A stretch of 62,257 bases of DNA, filler included. It is 6 parts of 6 records of this genome, joined end to end, with 100 filler letters (N's around TTAATTAATTAA, not from the genome) between each part and the next. Parts side by side here need not be neighbours in the genome. Positions count along the whole stretch, not along the records: positions 48,998 to 62,257 come from SRR31147125_578; 5 more parts are not named here. The stretch is one strand, 5' to 3'. The position numbers were made by a program, and so were the translations under genes. Of this stretch, positions 51,804 through 62,203 are shown in pieces; position 1 is the first letter of the stretch; every line of letters starts with the position of its first letter. The notes under the pieces were generated by a model, which searched no databases, was not told the DNA's origin, and saw only the letters and a program-made list of their open reading frames with translations.

Positions 51804-54374
51804 ATGAAAAATTATTTACTGTTCATTATTGTTGGGATTTTATGTCTTTTTGGACAAAAATCCTATTCTCAAAGCCAGTTCCATGCTGATGATTATATTC
51901 AGTATGTACAGAATAATCAGGATATGAGTGGCGAGGAAATACAGCTGCGCTATGCTCCTGAAACGCCATATTATTCAACAAGAGAGGATCTGTTAAAGCT
52001 CGGCCAGTTTTCTTTTCTGGATTCCATATCACTGAAATACAGGCTCACGGAATCCGAGATGGATTTACTGGCTAAAAACCATTTTGTTGTCACGGAGCGT
52101 TTAAACTTTAACTGTTTTGGCGCGGCTTTACATGATATCTATATTAAAGACCTGCCTGTTTGCGTAACAACAGACGCTATTTTGCAGGCTCTGCATGCGT
52201 CGTATGACAAAATACTCATGAATTTGGAAGCTGGTATTTTGGAACCGAATTTGATTCGGTTTCTTGAAGGGCTTTATAATTCTTATTCTCAATTGCTGAA
52301 AACACATGCAAAGAATCCGGATCTGCACGATGCACTGGCGGATGTGGATATTTATGTGACGCTGGCGAAATCTCTATTGGAAGGTAGTCTGGTTGCACCG
52401 AATTATGCCAGTGTTGACCAGGTCAATGCCTTGTGGCGGGCCGTACATGATGAAAGACAGGTTGATATGCCTCTGTTTTCGGACAGAAATCGTCACCTGG
52501 ATTTCAGTCAATTCACGCCACGAGGGCATTATGCCGGAGAACACTGGGGCTTTTATGGTAAAATTGAACTGGAAAACTATTTTAAAGCCATGATGTGGCT
52601 TGGCAGAATGGATTTTCTACTCACACCTCCACCTGCGAATCCATGGGAAGAACCCTGGACACGTGACGAAATACGGCGAATGAATCTTGGCGCTGTGCTT
52701 TTGAATCAATTGATGGATATGGCAGGCGTAAAAAGTCTACTGGATGAAAACGACGAGATCATCACCTTTCTGGTGGGCGAAAGTGATAATCTGACCCCAA
52801 ACGAGTTAAGTGAGCTGATCACAGAACTAAACATCACAGCTGATAATCTGTTAAATGATACAACCTACGATGCTTTCCAGGCTGCTTTGGTTGCATCGGC
52901 GGAATATGGTCAACGTATTCTGTCCAGTTTTTTTCTCATGGATCCTTATAGCACGGAACCGGATCCCCTGCCTGTATCCTATCGCCTGATGGGGCAGCGT
53001 TTTATCATCGATTCCTATGTACTGGGTAATGTGGTTTACGATCGAATTATATATAATGGTAAAAAGGTATGGCGCCCCATGCCGGATCCTCTGGATGCCA
53101 TGTTTGTATTGGGTAATGACAATGCATTGCCGTTACTGGCAGATGAGCTGGAGTCCTATAAATATGCCTCCCAGCTTGATGCTTTACGGTATCTTGTGGA
53201 TGCGTATGATGATAATTTTTGGGGTGTGTCTTTGTACAATGTCTGGTTGCAGGCTATTCGGTGTTTAAATCCTGTTGAGGATTCGTCCGCATTGCCCTAT
53301 TTCATGAACACCGTTGCCTGGCAACAGGAAAAGCTGAATACGCAGCTGGCATCCTGGACTCAATTACGACATGATAATTTATTATACGCTAAACAATCCT
53401 ATACCGGTGGCACGGGTTGCTCCTTTCCTCACTCTTTTGTGGAACCTTATCCGGCTTTTTATAAACAGATTGCCGATTTTGCAGCCAATGCAGAGAGCTA
53501 TTTTGCCGGATTGCCATCTGAGAGCGGTATGGTGAGATCCATTCAGAGATATTTTCCGCGTCTCAAGGAAACCATGCTCAAGCTGGAGATACTGGCGCAA
53601 AAAGAAGTGAATAACGAGGCTTTTACTGAGGAAGAAAAGGATTTCCTGCGAAAAATGCTGTTTGTGGATGGTGCCAGTGGTGCGCCACCGTTTTCCGGAT
53701 GGTATGCCGATTTGTATTATGTTCCTGATGACGCCGCTTTGGGAGATTATATTGTTGCCGATGTCCATACACAGCCAACAGATGCCAGTGGTGCTGTAGT
53801 CGGCCGGGTGTTACATGTCGGTGTCGGCGATATCAATCTCGGTGTTTTCCTGGTGGAATCTTATTCCGAAGCAGGTGTGCCCATGGCTTTTGTCGGTCCT
53901 GTAATGTCTTATTATGAAAAGATCACAGATAATTTTCAACGCCTGACAGATGAACGCTGGACAGAGATGGTCCTGGCCAATGATTTACCAATACGACCCG
54001 ACTGGGTGAATATCTATCTGGCTGATGAAAAAGGGCAAGCCAGGTTAAAGGGCAGAGAATTGCCGGGTGATGTTTATACCGGATCCGGTATCGGTCCCTT
54101 GCCAGTACCTGTGGAATTTAGCCTGGAACAGAATTATCCGAATCCCTTTAATCCCGGAACAACCATTCGTTATGTTTTACCACAGCACGATTTTGTGACA
54201 GTGACCATATATGATATTCTTGGCCGCCAGATTGAGACTCTGGTGAGTGAAAATCAGTTTGCCGGACCGCACAGTGTTAATTGGGTTGCGCAGGGCCTGC
54301 CCAGCGGACTTTATTTGTGTCGGGTACAGGCGGGAAAGTTTAATCAAATGATTAAAATGATGTTGATGCAATAG
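51804..54374 (+). CDS. DUF3160 protein with a C-terminal T9SS-type-A-like sorting domain
   Basis: P..VTTDAIL..LH..YD, DFSQFTPRGHY, YFKAMMWLGR, MGQRF..DS, LNTQLASWTQLRHDNLLYAKQ, RLTDERW; tail FSLEQNYPNPFNP.TTI.Y.L..LPSGLY. Confidence 0.88.
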   Translation: MKNYLLFIIVGILCLFGQKSYSQSQFHADDYIQYVQNNQDMSGEEIQLRYAPETPYYSTREDLLKLGQFSFLDSISLKYRLTESEMDLLAKNHFVVTERLNFNCFGAALHDIYIKDLPVCVTTDAILQALHASYDKILMNLEAGILEPNLIRFLEGLYNSYSQLLKTHAKNPDLHDALADVDIYVTLAKSLLEGSLVAPNYASVDQVNALWRAVHDERQVDMPLFSDRNRHLDFSQFTPRGHYAGEHWGFYGKIELENYFKAMMWLGRMDFLLTPPPANPWEEPWTRDEIRRMNLGAVLLNQLMDMAGVKSLLDENDEIITFLVGESDNLTPNELSELITELNITADNLLNDTTYDAFQAALVASAEYGQRILSSFFLMDPYSTEPDPLPVSYRLMGQRFIIDSYVLGNVVYDRIIYNGKKVWRPMPDPLDAMFVLGNDNALPLLADELESYKYASQLDALRYLVDAYDDNFWGVSLYNVWLQAIRCLNPVEDSSALPYFMNTVAWQQEKLNTQLASWTQLRHDNLLYAKQSYTGGTGCSFPHSFVEPYPAFYKQIADFAANAESYFAGLPSESGMVRSIQRYFPRLKETMLKLEILAQKEVNNEAFTEEEKDFLRKMLFVDGASGAPPFSGWYADLYYVPDDAALGDYIVADVHTQPTDASGAVVGRVLHVGVGDINLGVFLVESYSEAGVPMAFVGPVMSYYEKITDNFQRLTDERWTEMVLANDLPIRPDWVNIYLADEKGQARLKGRELPGDVYTGSGIGPLPVPVEFSLEQNYPNPFNPGTTIRYVLPQHDFVTVTIYDILGRQIETLVSENQFAGPHSVNWVAQGLPSGLYLCRVQAGKFNQMIKMMLMQ

Positions 54375-54386
54375 TTTCGGTTCATA

Positions 54387-54493
54387 TGGGATGGATATCC
54401 CACTCTAATATGCGTCCGGGATGAATATCCCGGACGATCGGTCTGTGCTGGAATGAAAAATGTGATCGTCCGGCCTGTTTGTGTCGGACGATC
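54387..54493. repeat. Cluster of three palindromes (REP/BIME-like)
   Basis: TGGGATGGATATCCCA; CGTCCGGGATGAATATCCCGGACG; GATCGTCCGG..TCGGACGATC. Confidence 0.65.
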
Positions 54494-54506
54494 AATTAAA
54501 TATATC

Positions 54507-55820
54507 ATGGGGAAAAGAGCGGTGAAAAAACAAAAATTACAGTTTCTGTTAATCTTCTTGTTTCTGTCTATAGTCATAAATATAAACACATCTTTTGCCG
54601 ACGGTTGTTTTTTTTACGATGTGGAAAAAATAGGCAACTCGGCAGAATCCCCCAATCAACGGGCGCTGATTATTCATGATGGCGAAAAACAAACCATGCT
54701 GGTGCAGGTAAAGTACGCCGGGACTCTGGATAAATTTGCGTGGGTTATTCCTGTGCCTGCCCGTCCTGAGCAGGGATCTTTGACAACCGTGCCAGATGAT
54801 ATTTTCCAAACATTACATGATAAGACGCAGCCGAGAGTGTATAAATTTGGGCAAAGTGGGTGGAATTATAAATTAGGAGGATCCAGGGGAGATGGACTCG
54901 CCGATATACCAACAGAACCGGAAAAAGCGGTTGTTGTGTGGGAAACCCTCCAGGTTGGTCCATATGATATGGCTGTTTTATCCGGAGCTTCTTCGCAGGC
55001 GCTTATCGACTGGTTGCAAACCCATGGCTATGATTTTCCGTCGGGCGCGCAGGATGTTTTAAGTTTTTATATTCAAAAAAACTGGTATTTTGTGGCTTCA
55101 CGCGTGCAGATAGATGGAGCTTTAGAAAAAAACAATTCCACTTATCAGGCAGGTCTGCCCGCTTTAAAAATGACCTTTGCTACAGACAAACCGGTTTTTC
55201 CGCTGCGGATTTCAGAATTGACTTCTGCCAAAGAGAATGAAATTGAATTGTATGTTGTTGCACCGCATCGAATGGTGTCGGATACTTATCATACGGTAAG
55301 TATGGATCCGTTGCAGGTGAGGGAATCGATTGAAGCGCAGATAGCGGATAACAATACCTATTCCAACACCGGCGTCAGCTGCGCCTGCAAGCGGGTGATG
55401 GATCCAACCCAATCAGAAGCTCGTTATGACTATGAGGTCATCTTTAAGACAAAACTGGATTCGTATCAAGAGCCCACTTTTCTCGTCGAATGTGTTTTTG
55501 AACCCTATTATTATTATGATGATACGATTAATTTTAGAGAATATTTTTCTACGAGCAATTATTATCTGACCCGATTTCGTACTATCTTATCTCCGGATGA
55601 GATGCAAAAAGATGTCACGTTTATAAAGGATCCTCAAGGTGACAATTATTTATTTTTACGTTTTTATCTGGAAAACGACATGGCCATGCCCTATTCCGCC
55701 GTTGTATGGGGTGTGCCCGGTATTCTGTTGTTGCCACTGTTGTTGATCCGAAAATTGAGACAACGTTTTACCAGAGAATATATTTTGGCAATTCTGATAT
55801 TATTAATTTCAATTTTATAA
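54507..55820 (+). CDS. DUF2330 protein with signal peptide and C-terminal membrane anchor
   Basis: ADG, QRALI, FAWVIPVP, VGPYD.AVL, L.DWL..HGY, Y....WYFVA, PVFPLRIS, LTRFRT. Confidence 0.82.
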   Translation: MGKRAVKKQKLQFLLIFLFLSIVININTSFADGCFFYDVEKIGNSAESPNQRALIIHDGEKQTMLVQVKYAGTLDKFAWVIPVPARPEQGSLTTVPDDIFQTLHDKTQPRVYKFGQSGWNYKLGGSRGDGLADIPTEPEKAVVVWETLQVGPYDMAVLSGASSQALIDWLQTHGYDFPSGAQDVLSFYIQKNWYFVASRVQIDGALEKNNSTYQAGLPALKMTFATDKPVFPLRISELTSAKENEIELYVVAPHRMVSDTYHTVSMDPLQVRESIEAQIADNNTYSNTGVSCACKRVMDPTQSEARYDYEVIFKTKLDSYQEPTFLVECVFEPYYYYDDTINFREYFSTSNYYLTRFRTILSPDEMQKDVTFIKDPQGDNYLFLRFYLENDMAMPYSAVVWGVPGILLLPLLLIRKLRQRFTREYILAILILLISIL

Positions 55821-55823
55821 CAG

Positions 55824-56368
55824 GTGAAAAAAATGAGGGGAATGTGGAAAACGGGTGTTATGATTCTTTTTTTAGGCCTCTATTGTACAAAGAATGAGAG
55901 TCCTTTGGAATCACTTATAACCACTGATGGTTCTGGTAAATTATCCATTGAAACGGAAAGAACGGTTTATTCATGGCAGAGGGGGAATCTGATAAATACA
56001 TCATTCTCCTGGGAACACTCAAGAGTGATGAAGAGGACACATTGTATTCCAAAATGGGTGATGGATTTGGTGGGACAGAGCAGGATCAGTTATATGTCGC
56101 AGCCAATTCCGCCGGACATGTTGAAAAATATGATCCTGTTGACAAAAAGTGGCAGGATCTGAATATAACGGCTTTATTGATCGAGGGATCACGTTTTGTG
56201 CCGATTCGCCCTGACAGAGAGTATATGATTTATGCTCATTTAGCTGTCAATTCAAATGATGAGGAAAAGGGGCAATTTCGGATTCGGGTGGATTATTATA
56301 GCACGAATGAACCGGGATCGAATACAGTGCCTTTTTTTGATTATTCGAATGTTTTTATGATTAGATGA
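55824..56368 (+). CDS. Lipoprotein of unknown function (split by a 1-nt loss in a G run near 55983)
   Basis: GLYC lipobox-like; adding one G joins ..YSWQRG to ESDKYIILLG.. Confidence 0.65.
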
Positions 56369-56443
56369 CAAACCGATTTAGGATTGTAAGGATGATTGTT
56401 TCGTGTCAGGATATTGAAAATATTAAATCAAAAAGAGGGAGAA

Positions 56444-57151
56444 ATGAAAAAAAATATCATCATTTTATCAATGTTACTGACAATTAATTGTCAAAAATTA
56501 AAAACACCGGTTTCTTCCCAGCCGGATTCAGATCTGAAAATACGAAATTTATTGCATTCTGCTGATATAGGTATATTAAAGGAGGCGAGCGGGCAATTAT
56601 ACTGGCTTGTCAGTAAAGATGCTTCCTCCTTGAATGGCAATACAGGTCAAATACCGGATTCTGTTACAACTTTGGCAAAAGATTATTTATCCCGTTATTT
56701 TGGCCGGGAATATGTTGGTAAATATTTTACCTGTGACTCTTTATATATACTTGATGAGAATTGGTATACTTTTGACATCGGAGGCAGATTTGGCCTGACA
56801 TTCTGGTACCATATTTCTATTAACGATTATCATACAAACTTGATTGTCGCTACATACCATGACTCTTCCGGCAACGTTATCATTGCGGAGGGAGTCGTTG
56901 ATCGTTTAGCAGATTCTAAACTTGGCATGCCATTTCATATCGATGATGAAACAGCCGTAAAGATAGCGAAATCAAATGATTTTTCCGCCGGATATTTTCC
57001 CTGGAAAGTCACTTTTCAATTCAATTCGGAAATAAAGCGTTATACTTGGTATATCCGTAATCAGACAAAAGAGGCAGGCGGGTGTGGTATTGAGATCGAT
57101 GCCCAAACCGGAATAATTCACAGCCGCCATTCCTGGGTTTGCATGGCCTGA
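56444..57151 (+). CDS. Lipoprotein with a PepSY-like C-terminus
   Basis: GAGGGAG RBS; MKK-hydrophobic-C; IDDETAVKIAK..WYI..IEIDAQTGII. Confidence 0.6.
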   Translation: MKKNIIILSMLLTINCQKLKTPVSSQPDSDLKIRNLLHSADIGILKEASGQLYWLVSKDASSLNGNTGQIPDSVTTLAKDYLSRYFGREYVGKYFTCDSLYILDENWYTFDIGGRFGLTFWYHISINDYHTNLIVATYHDSSGNVIIAEGVVDRLADSKLGMPFHIDDETAVKIAKSNDFSAGYFPWKVTFQFNSEIKRYTWYIRNQTKEAGGCGIEIDAQTGIIHSRHSWVCMA

Positions 57152-57243
57152 TATTTTATTCCCTGTCACGCGTATTTCATGTTCTTATTGATAGCACTTT
57201 AATGTTAAAGGAATTTATGATAATTAAACCGCACGGTATCTTT

Positions 57244-57846
57244 ATGAGTAAAAAAGTCATTTTTTCCCTTTTTTTGATTTTAATCTGCTTTACAAAATTA
57301 CAAGCTCAGCCTGTTAATATAGTTCTTAAACCGCTTCCTGGACTTTTTTATCCTGGTTCCCGGGATTTAAGAGCGTATTACAGCAAGGAATTCATTTTTA
57401 CCTATGGCGGTGAAGTGGATATATTATCGAATTTTTATGATATAGGGATTTATATAAAAGTGAATGAGTTTTCTGTCAAGATAGATGATCCGGTGCAGAC
57501 AGATTTGGAACAAAAAAGCACCTGGTATGGCTTGGGAATAATGAAAAAGGTTCGTTTAAGCTCCTTTAATGTCGATACAAAGATTGGGCTAACAAAGCAT
57601 GATGATGATCTTGCCTTGCCTGGTGAGGAAAAATCCCGGGTCGGTTATGAGTTGGGGATTTCTGCTAACAAACAAATGCTGGGCAGATTATATTTTTTTA
57701 TGGATGCCAACTATAACTATGAGAGTGTGAAAATAAGTGATTATCGTACCTTTGCCTACTCGAGACATCAACATTATCTGGCCGGAAAAGAATTTTCGAC
57801 AGGTGGGTATCAATTATTCGCCGGATTGTCAGTGCAATTGTTTTAA
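57244..57846 (+). CDS. Small outer-membrane beta-barrel protein
   Basis: Signal peptide LQA; amphipathic strands; C-terminal AGLSVQLF. Confidence 0.65.
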   Translation: MSKKVIFSLFLILICFTKLQAQPVNIVLKPLPGLFYPGSRDLRAYYSKEFIFTYGGEVDILSNFYDIGIYIKVNEFSVKIDDPVQTDLEQKSTWYGLGIMKKVRLSSFNVDTKIGLTKHDDDLALPGEEKSRVGYELGISANKQMLGRLYFFMDANYNYESVKISDYRTFAYSRHQHYLAGKEFSTGGYQLFAGLSVQLF

Positions 57847-57942
57847 TCACGTATGTGGCAAGAGCTATATAGTGTAAAGAAGGAATTTAAAAATGAGCTG
57901 CTGCCGAACAATCCCATCTTCTTTAAGGGTGATAAAATTAAA

Positions 57943-58536
57943 ATGAGAAAATATGCGACAATCATACTTTTGCTAATTGTATTAACAAGTCATTGTTCGA
58001 AGAATCAAAATCCTTTAGGCTATTCAAATGATCATTTATATTATCCTGTTAAAGTTGGTAATACCTGGTATTATGATGTTTTTAGTTCTGAAAAAAATCC
58101 ATGGATAAAGCGGATTGTTCAAAGTAAAATTGAAAAAAATGAAAACGAGTATTTTATAATAGCTGAATTTTGGGGAGAGAATAAGCAGTCCAGTCATGCC
58201 GATACGATACGACTGGATAAACAAGGCAGGATTTGGAAGTATATTAAAAATGGAGATTATCTATGGTTTGATTTTTCTTTAAAAGATGGAGAAACATATA
58301 AATTTAAAGGCTATTCAAAAAATAAAGATGAAGATTATCTTGTCACTGTAAAAAAAGGAAAAAGTATAAATACGAAAACAGGTTATTTAAAAAATTGTAT
58401 TGAATTCTTTTTTGATATCCCTAAATATCATGATGATGAGGTTTTTTATGTTTTTGCACCGAATGTTGGTTTGGTGAAAACAACGTATGGAGAGGGACCT
58501 GAATTACTTCTGTCTTCAGCCAAGGTTTTGCCTTAA
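57943..58536 (+). CDS. Lipoprotein of unknown function
   Basis: TSHC lipobox-like; YYPVKVGNTWYY, T.TG..KNC, FAPNVGLVK. Confidence 0.7.
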   Translation: MRKYATIILLLIVLTSHCSKNQNPLGYSNDHLYYPVKVGNTWYYDVFSSEKNPWIKRIVQSKIEKNENEYFIIAEFWGENKQSSHADTIRLDKQGRIWKYIKNGDYLWFDFSLKDGETYKFKGYSKNKDEDYLVTVKKGKSINTKTGYLKNCIEFFFDIPKYHDDEVFYVFAPNVGLVKTTYGEGPELLLSSAKVLP

Positions 58537-58710
58537 TGAAAACAGGTTTAAAAAGAAAAGTGATGATAAATTCGTTGCTGATTTCAGGTTAATAATGTTA
58601 GATATTTCATGTATTGATAAAAGAATCGAAATTGAAAGTTCTATTGAAATAAATTGATTTGTCTGTCGCGGAATTTCGTCTGTGATATAACATCATATGG
58701 AGGTAAAAAA

Positions 58711-60063
58711 TTGAAAAAGTATATGTTGGCTATAGTATTTCTGATAAGCGTTGCGCAAATCCATGCTGCTGATACCGATGTGGCTGTAACTGTTTATAAT
58801 AACGATCTGGCTCTGATAAAACAGTATCGAACCATCCCGTTACAAAAAGGTGTTCAATCGGTCAAGTATAAAAATGTGGCAGCCAGAATTGAACCCACAT
58901 CCGTTCATTTTAAATCCCTGACATCTGAAAAGATGGCTCTGCTGGAACAGAATTTTGAATATGACCTTGTTGGCACAGAGCGTCTTTTGGAAAAATATAT
59001 AAATCAGGATATTTTTGTTATGACCAAAGAGGCTGGTACTTTTTCAGGAACTTTGTTAAATACCGGAGGAGGAGATATCATTCTTCAGGACAGGGATGGC
59101 CAGGTGAAGATTGTAAAGTATGGCGCACTGGAATCTCTGCAGTTTCCCACTTTACCGGACGGTCTTGTCACACAGCCAACATTGCTCTGGCTTTTAAATG
59201 TGGATAAAGCCGGGAATCACCAGACAGAGATAAGCTATTTAACACGTGGTATGAACTGGCATGCGGAATATGTTGCGGTTACCAATGCCAAAGACAGGGA
59301 ATTGCAATTAGGTGCCTGGGTATCCATTGAAAACCGTTCCGGTGCGACATATAAAGATGCTAAATTGAAACTTGTGGCTGGTGATGTGAATATTAAACGC
59401 CCCGAGAAAATGTACAAGAGGGCTGGTGCCGGGAATATGGCCTTTGACATGCCTGAGGCACCACATTTTGAGGAGAAGGCGTTTTTTGAATATCATCTTT
59501 ATGATTTACCCCGACCAGCAACAATTAAAGACCGGCAAATGAAGCAACTCAGTTTATTTCCCGATGCCAGAGTTCAGGTAGATAAAATTTACACCTATAA
59601 CGGCCAACAGGATGGAAAAAAAGTTCGTGTTAACCTGGAATTCAAAAATAGTAAAGCAGCTGGTCTTGGATTACCCTTGCCAGGTGGTAAAATACGGGTT
59701 TATAAAGAGGATGAGGACGGTTCGCAGGAATTTGTTGGTGAGGATCTAATTGATCATACCCCAAAAGACGAGAAGGTTCGCGTTTACCTGGGTAATGCTT
59801 TTGATATCGTGGGTGAGCGGATTGTCAAGGATGTGCAAAAGATTGGCAGGCGCAGTCGCCGGGAAACCATGGAAATTACATTACGCAACCACAAAGACGA
59901 GGCTCTGCATGTGATTGTGGTTGAGCAATTGTATGGTGACTGGGAATTTGTCGGTGATACTCCACCGATAAAGAAAAAAGATGCCCAAATGGTGGAATTT
60001 GATATTTTCGTGGATAAGGATTCGGAAAAGGTTTTTGAATATACCGTTCATTTTGAGCGATAA
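58711..60063 (+). CDS. DUF4139-domain secreted protein
   Basis: GGAGG RBS and TTG start; VTVYNNDLALI, EQNFEYDL, SYLT.G..W.A.Y, FEYHLY.L, LG.PLPGG..RVY, IDHTPKDE. Confidence 0.85.
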   Translation: MKKYMLAIVFLISVAQIHAADTDVAVTVYNNDLALIKQYRTIPLQKGVQSVKYKNVAARIEPTSVHFKSLTSEKMALLEQNFEYDLVGTERLLEKYINQDIFVMTKEAGTFSGTLLNTGGGDIILQDRDGQVKIVKYGALESLQFPTLPDGLVTQPTLLWLLNVDKAGNHQTEISYLTRGMNWHAEYVAVTNAKDRELQLGAWVSIENRSGATYKDAKLKLVAGDVNIKRPEKMYKRAGAGNMAFDMPEAPHFEEKAFFEYHLYDLPRPATIKDRQMKQLSLFPDARVQVDKIYTYNGQQDGKKVRVNLEFKNSKAAGLGLPLPGGKIRVYKEDEDGSQEFVGEDLIDHTPKDEKVRVYLGNAFDIVGERIVKDVQKIGRRSRRETMEITLRNHKDEALHVIVVEQLYGDWEFVGDTPPIKKKDAQMVEFDIFVDKDSEKVFEYTVHFER

Positions 60064-60201
60064 AAGAGTTTTTTATTCGGATAGTATTTTTAGGATCGTC
60101 CAGTATATTCATAGCAGACGTAAAATGAATTGGCAATTCATTTTTGACTCTATTTGCTTACTGATTAAACAATTAAAATATTTTACAGCGGAAACCAGCA
60201 A

Positions 60202-60645
60202 ATGAAAAATAGAGTTTTATTTGTTGCTGTAATAATGACATTTCTTGTTTTTTGCCAAAAAGATACTTCACCACTCGAACCAAAGGTGTTGATACCGCAA
60301 CTATTTTTGGAGAATGGTACCTATCGCCTTGTTCCGAATTCATCGGATACAGTGAATTCAATTATGTGGCAAGACTATGCTATCGAATATCAATATTCTG
60401 TTAATGATTTGTTTTGTTATTTGGACATTGCTGGCATAAAATGGTTCGGAAGCCATTTTAATACAGGAGGACCCATAGAAACAATAACGCCGCTGAAGCC
60501 CGGGAAAAAATATCTATGGAAGCAAACATACCATGGTCCTCAGGGTGAACATATTCATCCTAAAGCTGTTATGCACGTTATATCTAAGAGACCCGGGAAT
60601 CCTGAAAAAATAATAAGAGCCGAATTATTCTTGGAGAACAAATAG
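60202..60645 (+). CDS. Lipoprotein of unknown function
   Basis: MKNR-hydrophobic-VFC then QKDTSPLEP. Confidence 0.65.
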   Translation: MKNRVLFVAVIMTFLVFCQKDTSPLEPKVLIPQLFLENGTYRLVPNSSDTVNSIMWQDYAIEYQYSVNDLFCYLDIAGIKWFGSHFNTGGPIETITPLKPGKKYLWKQTYHGPQGEHIHPKAVMHVISKRPGNPEKIIRAELFLENK

Positions 60646-60718
60646 TAGCATTTTATGATAAGAAATACTAATTCAGAAAAGAGTTATTAATATAATCAGG
60701 TTATGGAGAAAATGTAAA

Positions 60719-62203
60719 ATGACTCGTCGATTTTATGTATTGAAAAGATTATTAATTTTATTGTCTTTTTCCTTCTTTTTTCCAACCATTGTATGGGCTC
60801 AGCTTATTTCGATAAAATCGGTTCCTGTTGTCACTGGTGATCAGTTTTTAATTTATCCATCACAAAATTTAGGCATGGGAGGGGTGTCTATTGCACTTGA
60901 TGATGCTTTGCTGGATCCGTTTGTAAATCCGGCCAAGGGAGCAAGAGTTCAGGGAGCCATGATGACTAGTTCTCCGGTTTATTACGGGGTATCAGACGAT
61001 AACGGATCCGCGCGTACATTACCACTTGGTTTGCTTTATGGGGCAGAAAAGTGGTTTGGTGGTCTCTCGTTTTCCATACAACAACTGGATTTAAACTATC
61101 AGGCAGGAACCAGGCGACTGGCGAGCGATAAGTCGTGTAATAATTTGTACGCATCCGGCCTGCTGGGAATAAAATTGCCATCTATTCATAGCTCCCTGGC
61201 TGCCAGTGTGTTTTATGCCGACCTGGATGCGGTTGATGGTATTGAACACTTGTACGCGAACAGTATGGATATCGAACAATATGGCAACATGACAGATATT
61301 CGTTTGGGCTTTTTATCTGAATTGAACCAGGAACGAACCATTGAGGTGTTGTTGTTATATAATCACTTTAATATGACACATGAGGTCACCTATAATGACT
61401 TTGGCTGGTTTGATGCGTTATGGGCATTACGCAAGGAGAAAAATCCGGATCGCTCCAATACCTGGGGTCTTCATCTTGGATATGTGCAGCCAATCGGTGA
61501 AAGTGACTGGAAAATCGGTGGGATCCTGACAGGAAACTGGAAGTCTCATCCTAAAATTCCAAATTATGAGATCATGAACATACCGCGGGATCCGGGTACC
61601 TCCTCGGCTTATAATGTCGGAATAGGATTATCCCGTTCTTTTGGACAGGCCACGTTTGGATTTGATCTGATTTACGAACCCATTTGGAGTAATACCTGGG
61701 CTGAAGCGATTTCGAGTATGCAGAGCCAATCAGGTCGAACTATACCAAAAGGGGGGAAGACCATTGAGAATGATTTCTGGTTTTCCAATGCCGTGTTTCG
61801 AATAGGCATTCGAAAAGAGAACGAACGAGCCGGCTTTCAGTTGGGACTGGAGGCACGATCGATTCGGTATCAACTGGATCAATATAATTATGTGCAGGTA
61901 TTCCGGCGCAAACAGGATGAAAACTGGATAGAATGGACACCGAGTTGGGGACTTTTGGTGAAGTTTCGTGAATTCCGCTTACAATATACAGGACGTATGA
62001 TCCTGGGTACCGGTCAGCCGGGTGTCGATTTTAATACATTTCCTGTTTTTACCGGACAATCCTCGCGATGGTCGAACATGGAATATGCGGCACTTGCTGA
62101 TGCGAATATTCTGCTGGCACCCAGTGGAGCATTGAACCTGGAAAGATTGCATGTTATGACACACCAGCTTTCCGTTTGTATTCCGTTAAGCGGGAAATAT
62201 TAG
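60719..62203 (+). CDS. Outer-membrane beta-barrel, FadL-like
   Basis: Signal peptide VWA; LGMGGVSIALDD..DPFVNPA hatch motif; beta-strand pattern. Confidence 0.72.
   Translation: MTRRFYVLKRLLILLSFSFFFPTIVWAQLISIKSVPVVTGDQFLIYPSQNLGMGGVSIALDDALLDPFVNPAKGARVQGAMMTSSPVYYGVSDDNGSARTLPLGLLYGAEKWFGGLSFSIQQLDLNYQAGTRRLASDKSCNNLYASGLLGIKLPSIHSSLAASVFYADLDAVDGIEHLYANSMDIEQYGNMTDIRLGFLSELNQERTIEVLLLYNHFNMTHEVTYNDFGWFDALWALRKEKNPDRSNTWGLHLGYVQPIGESDWKIGGILTGNWKSHPKIPNYEIMNIPRDPGTSSAYNVGIGLSRSFGQATFGFDLIYEPIWSNTWAEAISSMQSQSGRTIPKGGKTIENDFWFSNAVFRIGIRKENERAGFQLGLEARSIRYQLDQYNYVQVFRRKQDENWIEWTPSWGLLVKFREFRLQYTGRMILGTGQPGVDFNTFPVFTGQSSRWSNMEYAALADANILLAPSGALNLERLHVMTHQLSVCIPLSGKY

Noticed and set aside
140-55985. 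Programmed frameshifting or phase variation in the many split genes (near 145, 2340, 23070, 24577, 30970, 45655, 55983)
   Set aside because: Each is repaired by adding one base to a homopolymer, across four unrelated organisms. That pattern points to platform error; the ABC-F break near 16978 is a similar (AT)n slip. Read data would be needed to rescue any single case.
49605-62203. Integron cassette array
   Set aside because: Genes are co-oriented, but I found no recurring attC structure (RYYYAAC..GTTRRRY) between them and no integrase.
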